A stretch of 63,739 nucleotides of DNA, counting the filler, from Asterionella formosa (taxonomy: Eukaryota): the NCBI GenBank assembly GCA_002256025.1. It is 29 parts of 29 records of this genome, joined end to end, with 100 filler letters (N's around TTAATTAATTAA, not from the genome) between each part and the next. Parts side by side here need not be neighbours in the genome. Positions count along the whole stretch, not along the records: positions 29,118 to 45,659 come from NKIB01004822.1; positions 45,760 to 46,791 come from NKIB01004823.1; 27 more parts are not named here. One strand, given 5' to 3'. Shown piece after piece: positions 34,438-46,891 of the stretch (position 1 is its first letter; the number at the start of each line of letters is the position of its first letter). The translations under genes and the position numbers were made by a program. Under the pieces are notes generated by a model. The model was not told the DNA's origin and searched no databases. It saw only the letters and a list, made by a program, of their open reading frames with translations.

Positions 34438-36201
34438 CTATCTTTTACTTACTTCCATTTCGCCTTCGAGCGCGGCGCTCGTGCTAACCGGTGATATTTC
34501 CTCCGTTAGCAGCATGAAGGCAGTGGCAGCCCTCGCAATGGTCTCGTCTTGTTTACAAAATGCGATGCGGACAAATTCGTCTGACGCACCAGCTGACGCC
34601 TTTAAATCCGAAAAGAATGGGCTCGACGGAATACAGAGAATGCCTTTTTCTTCTGCCATCCATTGACATAATGCCCAGTCTTGACGAGTGAAACCACCAG
34701 GGGCTGCGTCGTTCGGAGTCATGAGACGATTTACAGGAATAGCATTCTGGACATTTCTTCCAATTCGAGCAAAGATAAAGAATCCACCTCCTGGTGTGCG
34801 GGAGTAGTCAGGAACAGCAAACCCAGCTGATGTCAACGCGTTGCTGAGGAGGTCTCGTTTTCGAGTATACTTTGCTTTCAGGTAGTGGTAGTAAGAAGTG
34901 TGGCCTTCGTATGGTTCGTCTGCACGTGGGAGGGCTCTCGCCAATGCCTCTTGTATCAAAGTGGAAGCACAGAACTGTACATATGGTAACAACTGATGAA
35001 TTCTAGAAATAAGGCGCTTGGGGCCAATGCACCAACCAACTTGCCATCCAGTCGCTGAGAAAGTCTTTCCTGCCGAAGATATGGTAATGGTTCGATCCCA
35101 CATACCTGGCAAGGACGCAAAGTGAACATGGCCTTCGCATAACACCGATTCTCCTTTTCTTTGTTCACTTTCCTGAGGTGGTGCGTGAACTATATACTTA
35201 TAGACTTCATCAGACAGAACAACACAATCGGGTCCCGCAAATTCCATGGATTCTGCAATCATTTCCATTTCGCTCCTCGTGAAAATCTTTCCAGTCGGAT
35301 TATGTGGCGAATTTAATATTATGCCTTTGGTGCTTGGTGAAATAGCATTGTTGAGCAACTTTCCATCCAATACCCAGTCTCCACCAGTGATAACATCTTC
35401 CCCCTCCTCATACGGTATAAAGGTGAGCGGAACATAAACAGGTGTACCACCAGCTAATTTGATTTGGTTGACGTATAAATCAAAGAAAGGCTCAAAAAGA
35501 ATGACTTCGTCACCTGTTGATGATCGTACCGTCCAAAAAATGTTGTGAGATCGTGCCAATGAGGACACGGTGTTCAATGGGGCTCAAGGTGTAAAAGTCA
35601 ATTTGACGTACGTACCTGGATTAATGAGAGTCTGCAAACTCAGAAAGAGGGCCTGACTAGCACCGACTGTGATGGCAACGTCTGCCATGGGGTCGATCTC
35701 ACGATTTAAATGCACTGAGTACCTAGTGGCCAACTGCTTGACCAAGTTCGGATGTCCAGCGGATCTTGTATATTGGTGAGGGCTCTGCTCAACATCCATG
35801 GCAGCTTCCACGAGGCTATCGATAGCAAACTTGGGAGGGAACCAGTCTGGGAAGCCTTGACCCAGATTGGCAACATCGTTATCTTGCGCCAGCTTGCTGA
35901 ATTGAGTCCAAACGGTGGGGCCTGCCGTAGATCCAAGTCGACGGATCGCTGCCCCCGCAGGAGTAGAAAACGATTCTCTCTTGATTTCGTTCGATCCGTT
36001 GACGCATGTTTCATTATCACCATCGAAACGGCCAGATTCGCATCGTTTAACTAACGATGAACTGAGTCGACTTCGAGAAAGGCGCGATGGAGAAAACGCC
36101 TGAATAGCCGCAAGGTTGGGGCCAAAAAGAAACAGAAACAGAATCAGTAGATTGCTGCGAAGCTGAAGTCTCATTGTCCTGCTCCTTGCCATCCACGCCA
36201 T
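34438..36201 (-). CDS. PLP-dependent class I/II aminotransferase (kynurenine/glutamine transaminase-like), probably plastid-targeted; exons 36201-35616 and 35513-34438
   Basis: NLGQGFPD, HQYTR..G, NSPHNPTGK, SDEVY, SAGKTFSATGW, VRIAFCK. 102-bp GT-AG intron. Signal peptide followed by IQA-FSP. Confidence 0.93.
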
Positions 36202-37063
36202 TACCTTTTCAAGCGAATTTAATTATCTCACTGTTACATCGATGACGAGAAAGGGGTGCCAATTACTCAGTACGACCCCCAGTACGACTGTCCACGAAGA
36301 AAGAAAATCATCAGCTAGATGAGATTGGATGTGAACATCATAATGTATTATGACGACTCACGTCCACGTACCAACTCCTGTGGATGGCTGATCCGAAGGA
36401 AGTGTAACAACAGGCTGACGCATTCGCAATATCATACGAACAAAGCAAGGTCGTGGTATCATTCCCTTTTATTTCAGGATAATATTTCATGAAGTACGCG
36501 CAGGTAATTTATATTTTATACACACACAGGGACCGGTACATACTGGTATGTGCAGACAGCTGATCATGCCCCAGAAGTACATACGGGTATATCGGTAGAC
36601 ATACTGTACCCCTACGATACATTCAAACATAGGAAACCCGGATGATATGTATGTAGAAAACAATCGGAAAAACAGTGGCTGACCTACGTAATTTATGAGT
36701 TGTCAAGAGAGGGCCATAGTTCTACCTAACCTTGCCAGTGTGATGATGTTCTGGGATGCACATGGAAGCCTAGCTGACTACCGGTAAAGCGATCCGTGGG
36801 AAACCCGGAGGTGGAATACATCAGGGTTCTCAACAATAGTGTTAAAATACACATGCAACCTTTTGTGCTTCAAATGTTTGTTGATAAAATGGGCAATTGA
36901 AAGACATTGTAAAAAGAATCCTAATTAGTCTTATGTTTTCTTAGCAAAATAAATATAATTTTCATGATGCCGATCGACTGAACCAAATTGAGGGGTTGAG
37001 TGCAGCATTTCGATTTTCAACTTCATCATCTCTCAGCGAATCTTGGCAGCATTCCAGACTAAA

Positions 37064-38310
37064 GAAGCATCTCCACCGCATCGACCAAATACCAAGCAAA
37101 TTGCAGTTGGGAGTGATTACACATCATGATGCATTGTGTTGGTCAAAAAAGCAAAAATATTTTAGCCATGACCGCATCAACCAAGACCAAATATGCTTTG
37201 GTCTTGTTCGAGGATGACTCCCTTATTGACCAATTATCAGGTATTTGGTCAATGAGACTACGACTATAGCCAAATAAAAGAAGCATTTCTATTGATTTAG
37301 ATTGTAGCTTGCACCGGCAACCTAGAAACTGAACGAGCAACTAGAGTTTTGAAATAATTTGGTTATTAATTACTCTGCTAAAATTTAATATTAATAATAT
37401 TTTATTTATCCTCATTTCGAGTCCACAAGTGCTCAATCAAATCATTTCGCAATTGATAGCAGTGCTCACCTTCATTCATGTGGTTCATTCGAATTGCTTT
37501 GAAATCTAGAAAAGTATGCACATTGTCATGATTCACATTGTTGACCAATTGACCAAAAAGCCATCCTGAATATTCAAATTTAAATTCGTTTGTGTCTTTT
37601 GTATCCCACTCATCTTCTATAATCATGTTGTGTAGTATGAAACATGCAATGATAAACATGATTGATTGCAACCACTGACCGAAGTTTGCACGGAAGTGCC
37701 AGGATCCCCCTCTTGCCTGTAGCACACCAACAAATGCTCGCTCTACTTCCTTGTGTTGGGCCTCTTAAACCATTGAAAATTTGCACCTTGTGGTTCCGAA
37801 TTTGTTTTGACAAAAATGTGCCAATCTGGATAGATGCCATAAACCAATTTGTTGTTGATTGTGAAGTTGACGGCAGGAGTCCTTCCAGCTGTCAAATCCA
37901 GGAAAAACGGAGAACGATCCAAAATATTGAGATCGTTGTTAGCACCTGGAATTCCAAACCATGCGTGCCAGAACCAAAGTTCTACAATCGACAGCAGCTT
38001 CCAAAGCAACAGTGGCCACTCCATCTTATCCTTGAAATGCTCCTCTGTGTGCCTTGCTGGGCCAATTCTTCCATTCCCACTGCATCAGCCACATCCAATG
38101 AACCAAGAAGTCAACTGAGCAGCAGGTACAGGAGAAGAAACAAACGGGTAGTTCAATGGACAGGCATAGTGATGGAGGTGTGAAAAATTATGATTCACAG
38201 ATGGATTCTTGTTCGGAGATCAATTTTTGAAATTCCATTGCATGCAAATCGCGTAGCAAATGGCCTACGGATCCGTCAGATTGTCAAAGTGCCTCAAAAC
38301 ACAATATGAT
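37064..38310 (-). mobile_element. Degenerate PIF/Harbinger element: transposase C-terminal half plus 3' TIR
   Basis: WFWHAWFGIPGANNDLNILDRSPF, GIYPDW, ACFILHNMIIEDE, QLRNDLIEHLW, with several frameshifts. Terminus AGCATCTCCACCGCATCGACC. Confidence 0.9.
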
Positions 38311-38952
38311 AGTATCTACTGATTAATTCTATAGTTCCTTATCATTATACCTGTTTATTGGTTCACCAACACAACCCAAAGCACCGCCATTGTTGATCAG
38401 CTTGTTGATTTAAAATTCCTAGTGGTTTTCTCATGCTATATTGCTTGTGCTCGAGGGGAACTTTATAATGGCCGATTTTTCCAAAATAATAAAGTAGTAA
38501 CATAAAGTACAATAGGAATTTGAGGAGAGGATGCTCCACTAAAACTTCGGTGAAACTCGAAAAAGAAGTTTTACCTTTAGGAAAAACAGGCTAAGACAAC
38601 CCAGAAAATACAAACTTTTGACTAACTACTGCGAAGGTTGCATGTGTAGTGCTTATAATATCTTACCAATACATACTATCTAAAATATATGAATACATGT
38701 TATCATAGAACAGAATAAGACATGTTCTGACGTATGCCATGCATGTTATCTGGAATTGACTGTTGACTGTGGTTGCTTGTTAGTTTTAGGTCAAGAAAGA
38801 ATGTGCTTTATCATACATTTCTTGATGATCTGTGTCACCCATTTCGCCCTCTGTTCCTGCATTTTAATTGGACCGAAAAATTAAGTAGTGTGAGAATACT
38901 GGTATGTTACACTTTTATTTCATTCCAAGCTTGATACAAGAAATCATTCATT

Positions 38953-39090
38953 CCCCCAATTTACATATTTAACAAGATTATAATTTCTCAAGATTCAATG
39001 GTGCATGGAAGTTCCCCCCCCCCCCCCCCAATTTGCATACTATTTAATGTGGGTATAATTTCTCAAGATTCAATGGAGCAATGGAAGTTT
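38953..39090 (+). repeat. Tandem duplication of about 70 bp separated by a poly-C tract
   Basis: CCCCCAATTT...TATAATTTCTCAAGATTCAATGG...ATGGAAGTT occurs twice. Confidence 0.8.
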
Positions 39091-39535
39091 TGATGTTATG
39101 TCTTCAAGGAAGAAACTGCAGTTGGTTCGAATTGGTCATCTCGCCATCGAGGATCGAGCCGGGACTTGAGTGTGTTGCAACCACCGGTATATGCATACCG
39201 GGAGACTACCTGGTACCTGGCAAGTTGCGCTAATTTTGCTGAAGCTAAAGATTTAGCTATCTTTATCATAGATTAAAATGTTAGTTTAAGCAAAATGACC
39301 GCAACTTGCTCTGGTAGTTGAACAGAGGGAGTACACATATCATACATTCGAAGTATGTATGTACAAGTACCTTGTGCCCATGATCGCTCGCCGCTGGGGG
39401 CGGGCGGCCATCAAACATTTCCATGCAGCACCTGGTACTAGGTACTGTAGCTATACCGGTAGTCAACCATGATGTTCCCTCGACACATAATTGAACGCCC
39501 CCGTTTTTCTATTGCACCATAAGTTACCATTCACC

Positions 39536-40288
39536 ATGCGTCTTTCTTTGGCACTGTTCGTTCTTTCCGCTTCGTCTGTGGCTTCATTTTCGCCCGGTTG
39601 CTCTATTCCCCGAAGAACTGCATTGATGGCTAGTTCCGCTGCTACTGAGACAATCGCCAAAGCTCGCAAAGCCGCTGGACTCCCAGTAGAGGAGGAAGCT
39701 CCTCCTTTGTTCTCTGACTCTCTATTAGAGGACATGAGAGCATCTCTTCTCAAGCTTGAAAAGCGTGTCAAAGAAGGACCCGGCGCACTAACACACGAAG
39801 AAGTTGACGAATTTCAGGCTGCAACAAATCGGATTTTCATCGACATGAAGGCGCAAGCGGACGGTTTGGCCAATCGATCAAAGCCTGGTGAACGTGTGGT
39901 AGAACTTGCTGCGAATCCACCTCCAGGAGTGGAGCTTGTTTACGAAGACACTGCAGCACCACTAGAAATATCAGCAATACCCGAGACCCCGCAAGTCTTG
40001 GACACGTCCAACGATGAGGGGCCTGCTTATACTGGCAAGGGAGGTATGGGTCTGGCCCAGGGAACTACCAACACGTATATCATTGATGGGATGGATGAAA
40101 TGACGCCAGAAGAGTATCAAAAGGCCTTACAGGAGAGCATTAGTGCAAGACAAAGAAATCGTCATAAGAGCGGTATCTACGGCAATAGAGCGACTTGGGA
40201 CTACTTGAATCAACTCAATGGAGATCACCACGCCAGTATCTTGAAGGACGGATCCTTGACGCCTCTGAACATTAATGAGGATCAGTAA
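39536..40288 (+). CDS. Predicted plastid-targeted protein of unknown function
   Basis: MRLSLALFVLSASSVAS-FSP (signal peptide plus ASAFAP-like motif). 250-aa ORF with coding-like composition. Confidence 0.8.
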   Translation: MRLSLALFVLSASSVASFSPGCSIPRRTALMASSAATETIAKARKAAGLPVEEEAPPLFSDSLLEDMRASLLKLEKRVKEGPGALTHEEVDEFQAATNRIFIDMKAQADGLANRSKPGERVVELAANPPPGVELVYEDTAAPLEISAIPETPQVLDTSNDEGPAYTGKGGMGLAQGTTNTYIIDGMDEMTPEEYQKALQESISARQRNRHKSGIYGNRATWDYLNQLNGDHHASILKDGSLTPLNINEDQ

Positions 40289-40659
40289 GTGCTGGTTCCT
40301 GTCCGACTTTTGAATATTTAGAGTTTGAGAGGCGCTATCAATAAGGTCACGTACTATAGCATCTGTCTCCTAGTTTTATTCTCCTTTTTTTCTGTGGTAA
40401 TTTCACTTAGGATCAGATGATGACTCTCTTAGATTACCGAACAGATCCGTATGGTATCGAAATGGCTTTTCACGAAGGACAGCCTACTTCCATGCACGAC
40501 ACGAAAGCAATAAGGTTGCTACGATCTAGCAGCTGTACCTGTTAATGTGCACTCATATTTCAAATATTTCAATACTCAAAGACGGATGTCTCTCATTAAC
40601 TCGAGATGCCATTGTTTATGAAAGTAACTCATTTCAGCCATGAGCCAATCACAAAATAA

Positions 40660-41828
40660 TTAATCTTCCAACTGGGGTCTGGATGCATGCGTCAAAATTC
40701 CGCACGTGCCTTCCTCAACAGTCGCGCTCTCTCTTGCGATCTTAATGAAACCAGAATCCCCCCAGAATTCACCCCATGAGTTCTTCACCAACCAATAGTC
40801 GATGCCCTCGTCCGACGTTCCGTATCCAACCGCCAAGACACCATGATCGACATTGACTCCACAGTCTCCCGAGAAAACACCCTTCTTGTAAAACTGAAAA
40901 CCAGTTTGATCCGCTTCAATCGCAACCGACACAGGTTGGATCGCAATGGCCGCCATCAAATCGTCATTCGTCCCATTGGCGACATCAAAGAAGGTCTTCA
41001 CTCTAGTATGAGGGACATCATCACAGAGTCCCTTCTTTTCATAACATCCTCGGAACCAATGCTTGTGTCCAGCATATGGATAATCTTCTTCCGAACAGAG
41101 TCCTGTGTTGTTCTCATCAAATAGGAAAGCATTGTCCATTAGGCCGCCCGTGCAACCAGAGTCTAGCTTATCGCAGTCCACTAATTGTTGCTCACTCAGC
41201 GAAACTAGTTCGCCTGTATCCAAGAACCTCGCCCCTTCAATCGCTCCAATTGCAGAGTACGCCCAGCAAGATCCGCAAGCTAACTGGTTCTTGACTGGTG
41301 TGACGGCTCCATCGGCATTCCAATCGACAAAGGCGGGCAACTCGTCAAGAGTGCGTGACAACGCCACTTCCACTTGCGATATTGCTTTGATACGATCCGG
41401 TGTGAGAATGCCAGGAGAAAAAGGACCCAAAAAGTTGTGCTCTTGAAATTCTGACAGAGTCATGTCAGAAAACTGATTGTGTCCCATTTCGAACATTGGA
41501 GGTGGGTCTTGATGATTGTGCGCTTCCATCAAGACTGATGGCACAACAACGATTGGAAAATTACGAAATTAGAATAATACTGAAGCATTTTCTGCTGATA
41601 CCATCTACAAGAGAACAACTTACCGTGATTCTCGAACCAAACTTCCATGCGCTTGGCCAATTCTTTGGCAGTCTTGTATTCTTTATTGAATTCTGCTTTC
41701 CATGCTAGAAACCGGGGCTTGAGTGCACGGAACTGTCCCTCTAGTATTGCATCTCTTGAAGTCGTAGCCGCATTACAGCCAGCCAACAGCCCGCTAGTAA
41801 AGAGTTGAATCACAGCGATCTTCATCAT
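40660..41828 (-). CDS. Cathepsin L-like (papain C1A) cysteine protease with I29 prodomain; exons 41828-41624 and 41534-40660
   Basis: Signal peptide, NQFSDMT, QLACGSCWAYS, DHGVLAVGY, KNSWG. 89-bp GT-AG intron. Confidence 0.95.
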
Positions 41829-42602
41829 GCCATCAGTTTGAGTCAGGCAATGGTTTGATGTTCCTTTCTTTTGACAAGAATATTCCTTAAAACCAGTTGG
41901 TACTGCACTGTAGTACGGTGAGACTGTGTCGTACTTCGAGTACCAGGTACATATGTTGTGCCGGTATACTCAAGTCCTGGTACCGGTAGATGTGCACATT
42001 TTTGTATACCGGTACTGGTATTTGTGACACCTTCCGAGGCTCCAGATGCTGTAGTACTGTACCGGGAACTGGTATTCCGTATTCCTTTAGTGCACTGCAC
42101 TACCGGTACCTGGTACCATGTACACTACCAGTAGTTTACCTGTACCTGCCAGTAATACCAGGTACCGGTACAAACATACCGGCATCATACCAGAAATATT
42201 ACTGGTAGACCTACAAGGTACAAGGAATGTACCGGTATGTAGTCTATCGGTATGACATCAAAAGGACATGAAAATTGATATTTTATTTGTGCGTAGTACA
42301 ACTAGCTACATTATTCCAGGTACAAGGTACCGGGCACCAGATACCTGGTACCAGTTTACCAGTTACCCCCAGGTACGTATACCGGCCATCATAGTCCCTG
42401 CTATGAGGTACCGGTATGTTCTTTTTCTTATTACTTCTTTGATTTTGGTGTGCCTCGTCGGCAGTGATCGCGGCAGCACTGCAGAACACCGAATTCTTGT
42501 TCTGTGCTGTGGTATGAATATATTTATGAATAGTAATTTGTCGTCGCTGACAGATAATATATACGGCGTTTCAATACATTAAGACAGCTACTAGGTACCG
42601 CC

Positions 42603-43991
42603 ATGAAAGTCGTTGTATCTCTCCTTCTCCTCCTCGCGGCCCGGGCATCGTCCTATCAGAGCCACGTCGATACGGTCGTTAGCGCTTATTTGATGGATGA
42701 AGCTCCTGGACAAGAGGTGGTCATGGCCCGCTTCCAATCGTGGGCAGACCTACATGACAAGGACTATGCTGATGAAGACGAAGCTTGGAAGCGTATGCAA
42801 ATCTGGTTGCAAAATGATGGTACGTAGACCTGGACGGAAGGACGATCGATGGACTATTGACGATTGATTCAGGTTTGCAGAATCATGTGTGCTTTTGCTG
42901 GCAGACACGTTCCATTCTTGCTGTCCATGCACTAATACTGCGCGCTCTGCTCTCTTGGCTCGTAGCGCTGTTGGAACAACACCAGACGAAGCCATCTTCC
43001 TATGAGCTGGGCCACAACCAATTCTCCGATATGACCCTCGACGAATTTCACGCTTTGCACAGACTCGGCAATATGCGCACCGAACTCATTCCAAAGATGG
43101 CAATTGCTGACCAAAACGAAGCGACCAAGGTCTCCCGCTCTCTCCAAAAGGTGGATCTCCCAGACTATGTCAATTGGGTCCAAATGGGGGGTGTCACACC
43201 AATCAAGAATCAAGGAGCCTGTGAGTACAAACCTGCTTTCGCCTCCTCCTTTTCATCAACACTGCATGGAATTGCATCTAACCCCATTGCCGTTTTGGTT
43301 TTAGGTGGAGCGTGTTGGGCTTTCTCTACTACTGGAGCCCTTGAAGGCGCGAAATTTGTCAAGACGGGGGAATTGGTAGCCCTTTCGGAACAAAATTTGT
43401 TGGATTGCGACCACGCTGATATGGGCTGCAGCGGAGGCTTGATGGACAATGCATTCAAGTTCGACGAAAAGACCGGAGGGCTTTGCTCCGAGGAAGATTA
43501 TCCTTACCAGGCTATCCAGAATGACCAGTGCAACACAGCTTGTACTGACGTGCCTGGAACCATTGTCAAGACTTTTGTGGATGTACCACCTGGTGATGAA
43601 CGCGCCTTGTTGTCGGCTCTTGCGATGCAGCCGATTAGTGTCGCCATCCAAGCGGATCAGTTTGCCTTTCAGTTTTACCGTCGAGGTGTCTTGAACGATG
43701 AATCGTGTGGGAAGGACGCTCAGATCGATCATGGAGTCTTAGCTGTGGGATATGGAACTGATCTGGATACACAGATTCCATATTGGCTGGTGAAGAATTC
43801 TTGGGGCGAACCTGTAAGTACACAATATTTGCTTTTGTGCGCCCGGGATCAGCTGCATTTTTCGGATTATGCTGACGCTGTTTTCCTTTCAGTGGGGTGA
43901 AGCGGGATATTTTAGACTAGCTCGCAACTCTACCAATGAATTTGGAATGTGCGCCATTTTGAAGATGTCGTCTTTCCCTGTCTTGGAATAG
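42603..43991 (+). CDS. Cathepsin L-like (papain C1A) cysteine protease; exons 42603-42819, 42966-43220, 43305-43813, 43893-43991
   Basis: Splicing of three GT-AG introns restores QGACGACWAFS, DHGVLAVGY and KNSWGEPWGEAGY. Signal peptide and prodomain present. Confidence 0.95.
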
Positions 43992-44620
43992 AACCGTGTA
44001 CTTGGATGCAACATACTGTGGATTGGGGCAGATTAAGCCTGGAATAAGGAAGAGGAGGTTCATGCCTGTGTTTTTCAAGGAATGTACGATATAGGAGAGG
44101 CGCGAAGCATGCAAACCCAGCAGCCCTGACCTCGGAGCAAAGCTCACATACATAAGGAAAGGTAATACTAAAGCCAGTCTACATGAAAGCGGGCTGTGTG
44201 ATTCTTATTTCGATACTTACTCTGACAAAACTAGACGAGCATTGCGTGCATGCCATATAGTATCTGAGGACACAGTTCAGGTGGTAGATAGAAACAAGCA
44301 TGGGAACTACCAGGTACCGGTACTACGCGGGAAGGTACCTGGTCCCAGGAATCACTACCGGTATGTAGGGTCCCCGAGTTGATCATACTAAAGTACAGTT
44401 CCGGTAAATCCTCACATTTTACGTAATACATAGAAACAGGTAGGGAACAGGTACCAGGTACCAGGGGTAAGTATAAAGAGCACCTTCCGGTATGTACCAC
44501 ATCGAAAATACAAGTAGTCTACCTGCTATGGCCAGGTACCAGGTGAAGTATCTAACTAGAAGTAGTAGTATTTGTTGAATATATGACGTAATTAATCTTA
44601 TGTACAACTTGTTTTCAAAG

Positions 44621-45659
44621 TTGACATCAAAGTATGGTGTTAGTCGAGTTCTGATATATTTGATATAACCCTAACCCTATATACATCTGTATCGATGTGC
44701 AGGATCGCTCACTCTTTGATATGACGAATATTAATTCGTTCGGTAATATGCATAGTGCGTTGAAAAGTAACTGTACCATTGGCATGTACTTGAATAATAG
44801 AAAAAGGACCTTGTCCACGATCATCCAAAGTACTAGTAGGATTATTTTCTTTGTTATCATACTAAGATCGACGACGGAAATTAACACGACATAAATGTTT
44901 GTCGATTATCACTTGTCGACATTGATGTATCAATTGTAAATCTGTGATCAAAGAAATATTTAAAATCATATCACGTTGAAAAACCCATGCACCTGGTGAA
45001 ATACGTAATGTACTATGAATAGTACTTCGAGCTGCATATGATGCAGCTGCACAACATGTATCCACAATATTTTGGGCTTGAAATTCATTCATTGGAGGAT
45101 GAGCCTTTAACATAGTAACTCGTAGACTAATACTGATAGATTGATTTAAACGTTCACAGATAGCATTTGTTTGTGGATTCTTGACTGTAGTAGTGACATC
45201 TTTAATTCCATTCAACACTAACATGTGTATGAAAGGAATACCAGTAAATTCACCTCCATTGTCATGTATACAATGTTCTGGACGGGGATATCTGGCTAAC
45301 CAATCATTTTCAAATTTCATTGCAATATATTCTGATGTTTTTTATTGATACGTGACATTTCTGCCAAATTGGTGACCGTATCAATGCAAGTTAGAGCGCG
45401 AAATTCAATCGCTTCAGTAGCCACTGCTATCTTCCATGGACCAATTAAGTCTACTGCGACTTCTGACCATGGTAATAACAATGCATTCCTTGGTGGAAGT
45501 TCACCAAAACCAGTACCAGGTAATTTTGTATGTTGACATGCTTCACATATGCTTACAATATGTTCCACTCTTGCTTTTAATGTAGGGTGATACAAATGTG
45601 TAGCAATTGTAGCATTTAATCTTGTCATACCCACATGAGATAACATCTGATGATACCAA
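44621..45659 (-). mobile_element. Ty3/Gypsy integrase remnant followed by a partial 3' LTR (44621-44714)
   Basis: H..LSH.G...[49 protein letters not shown] (GPY/F), with frameshifts. The LTR part matches 48421-48539. Confidence 0.9.
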
Positions 45660-46355
45660 NNNNNNNNNNNNNNNNNNNNNNNNNNNNNNNNNNNNNNNNN
45701 NNNTTAATTAATTAANNNNNNNNNNNNNNNNNNNNNNNNNNNNNNNNNNNNNNNNNNNNGTCCAATTTTGATCGACTGGCTGATACTTAGTTGTGAGACT
45801 CACCATTCTGCAATGGGGTGGACTTTGATCATTGCTTCGTTCAAAGCGCAATCAATTCGAATGCTGTCCAGTGAAACAGGAGCCAATGAAAACAATTATG
45901 GCGAAAAAGCGCAGAACAGATCAAGAGATTTCATAGGAATTAAAATAACAGGGCATAGATGATGCACTGCTCCTTGTGTAGGCTATATTTGATCATTTCC
46001 ATATTTCATACTATACAGGTGCATGGATGACTCCTCCCGTCCTTTCATTAGATATGCAGCCATGTTGCGATAATTCTACAGGACCAATAGGATTGGTAGT
46101 CTGGTGGTCATCATTTCTGCATTGTATATTCCAGTAGAAGTCATGTATGTATGCATGCTGCGATAATTCTTACAAGACATAAAAATTTGGTAGCTTAGGG
46201 GTTATCACTTCCATACTGTATACAGGGGGGAAGGGGTTGCATGCATGAGTAACTACTTCGGTATAAACTATGATCTTTAATCAATAAATTTTGATTTGTT
46301 TATCCTACACCTTTGATCATAACATATTGATCATATGACAAACGGTGTCATTGAT

Positions 46356-46791
46356 GAGAAAATGAACGATCAACATTTATTTTCAAGAATCAGGATTAAT
46401 TGAACTTAAAATATGATCAAATGATCCTAAACACATGAGCATATTCAGTTTTCCGCTGCACTATTGTGGTATTTCCATGATAGAAGTAATTCCCAGCAAG
46501 TATACAGTACTACCGGTAGGCCATATGAATTTTGGTCAATATGTCTACATACATAAATGTATGATTTCGACCATTTAAAAAATTGGTGATGACTCCCGTT
46601 TATTAAGGGGCTTATTCAAATCAGCCACTGACTTGTAGGTACAAGAATTGACACACAAAAAATTGAAAAAATTCAACAGGTCATGGAAAACTATGAACTC
46701 ATCAGGCATTGTATATATTTGATTTATGTATAATCAAAATTGATATTAGTATACACAGGATGTGCCATGTAATGAGCGTGTTTAAAACTAT
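46356..46791 (+). repeat. AT-rich dispersed repeat, copy of 11334-11770
   Basis: Direct high-identity match. Confidence 0.93.
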
Positions 46792-46891
46792 NNNNNNNNN
46801 NNNNNNNNNNNNNNNNNNNNNNNNNNNNNNNNNNNTTAATTAATTAANNNNNNNNNNNNNNNNNNNNNNNNNNNNNNNNNNNNNNNNNNNN

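Noticed and set aside
41843..42582. Short ORFs rich in VPGT/WYQV/YRY (also 26906-27328, 44231-44607, 52768-53166)
   Set aside because: By-products of the GTAC-rich intergenic motif, with no protein-like features.
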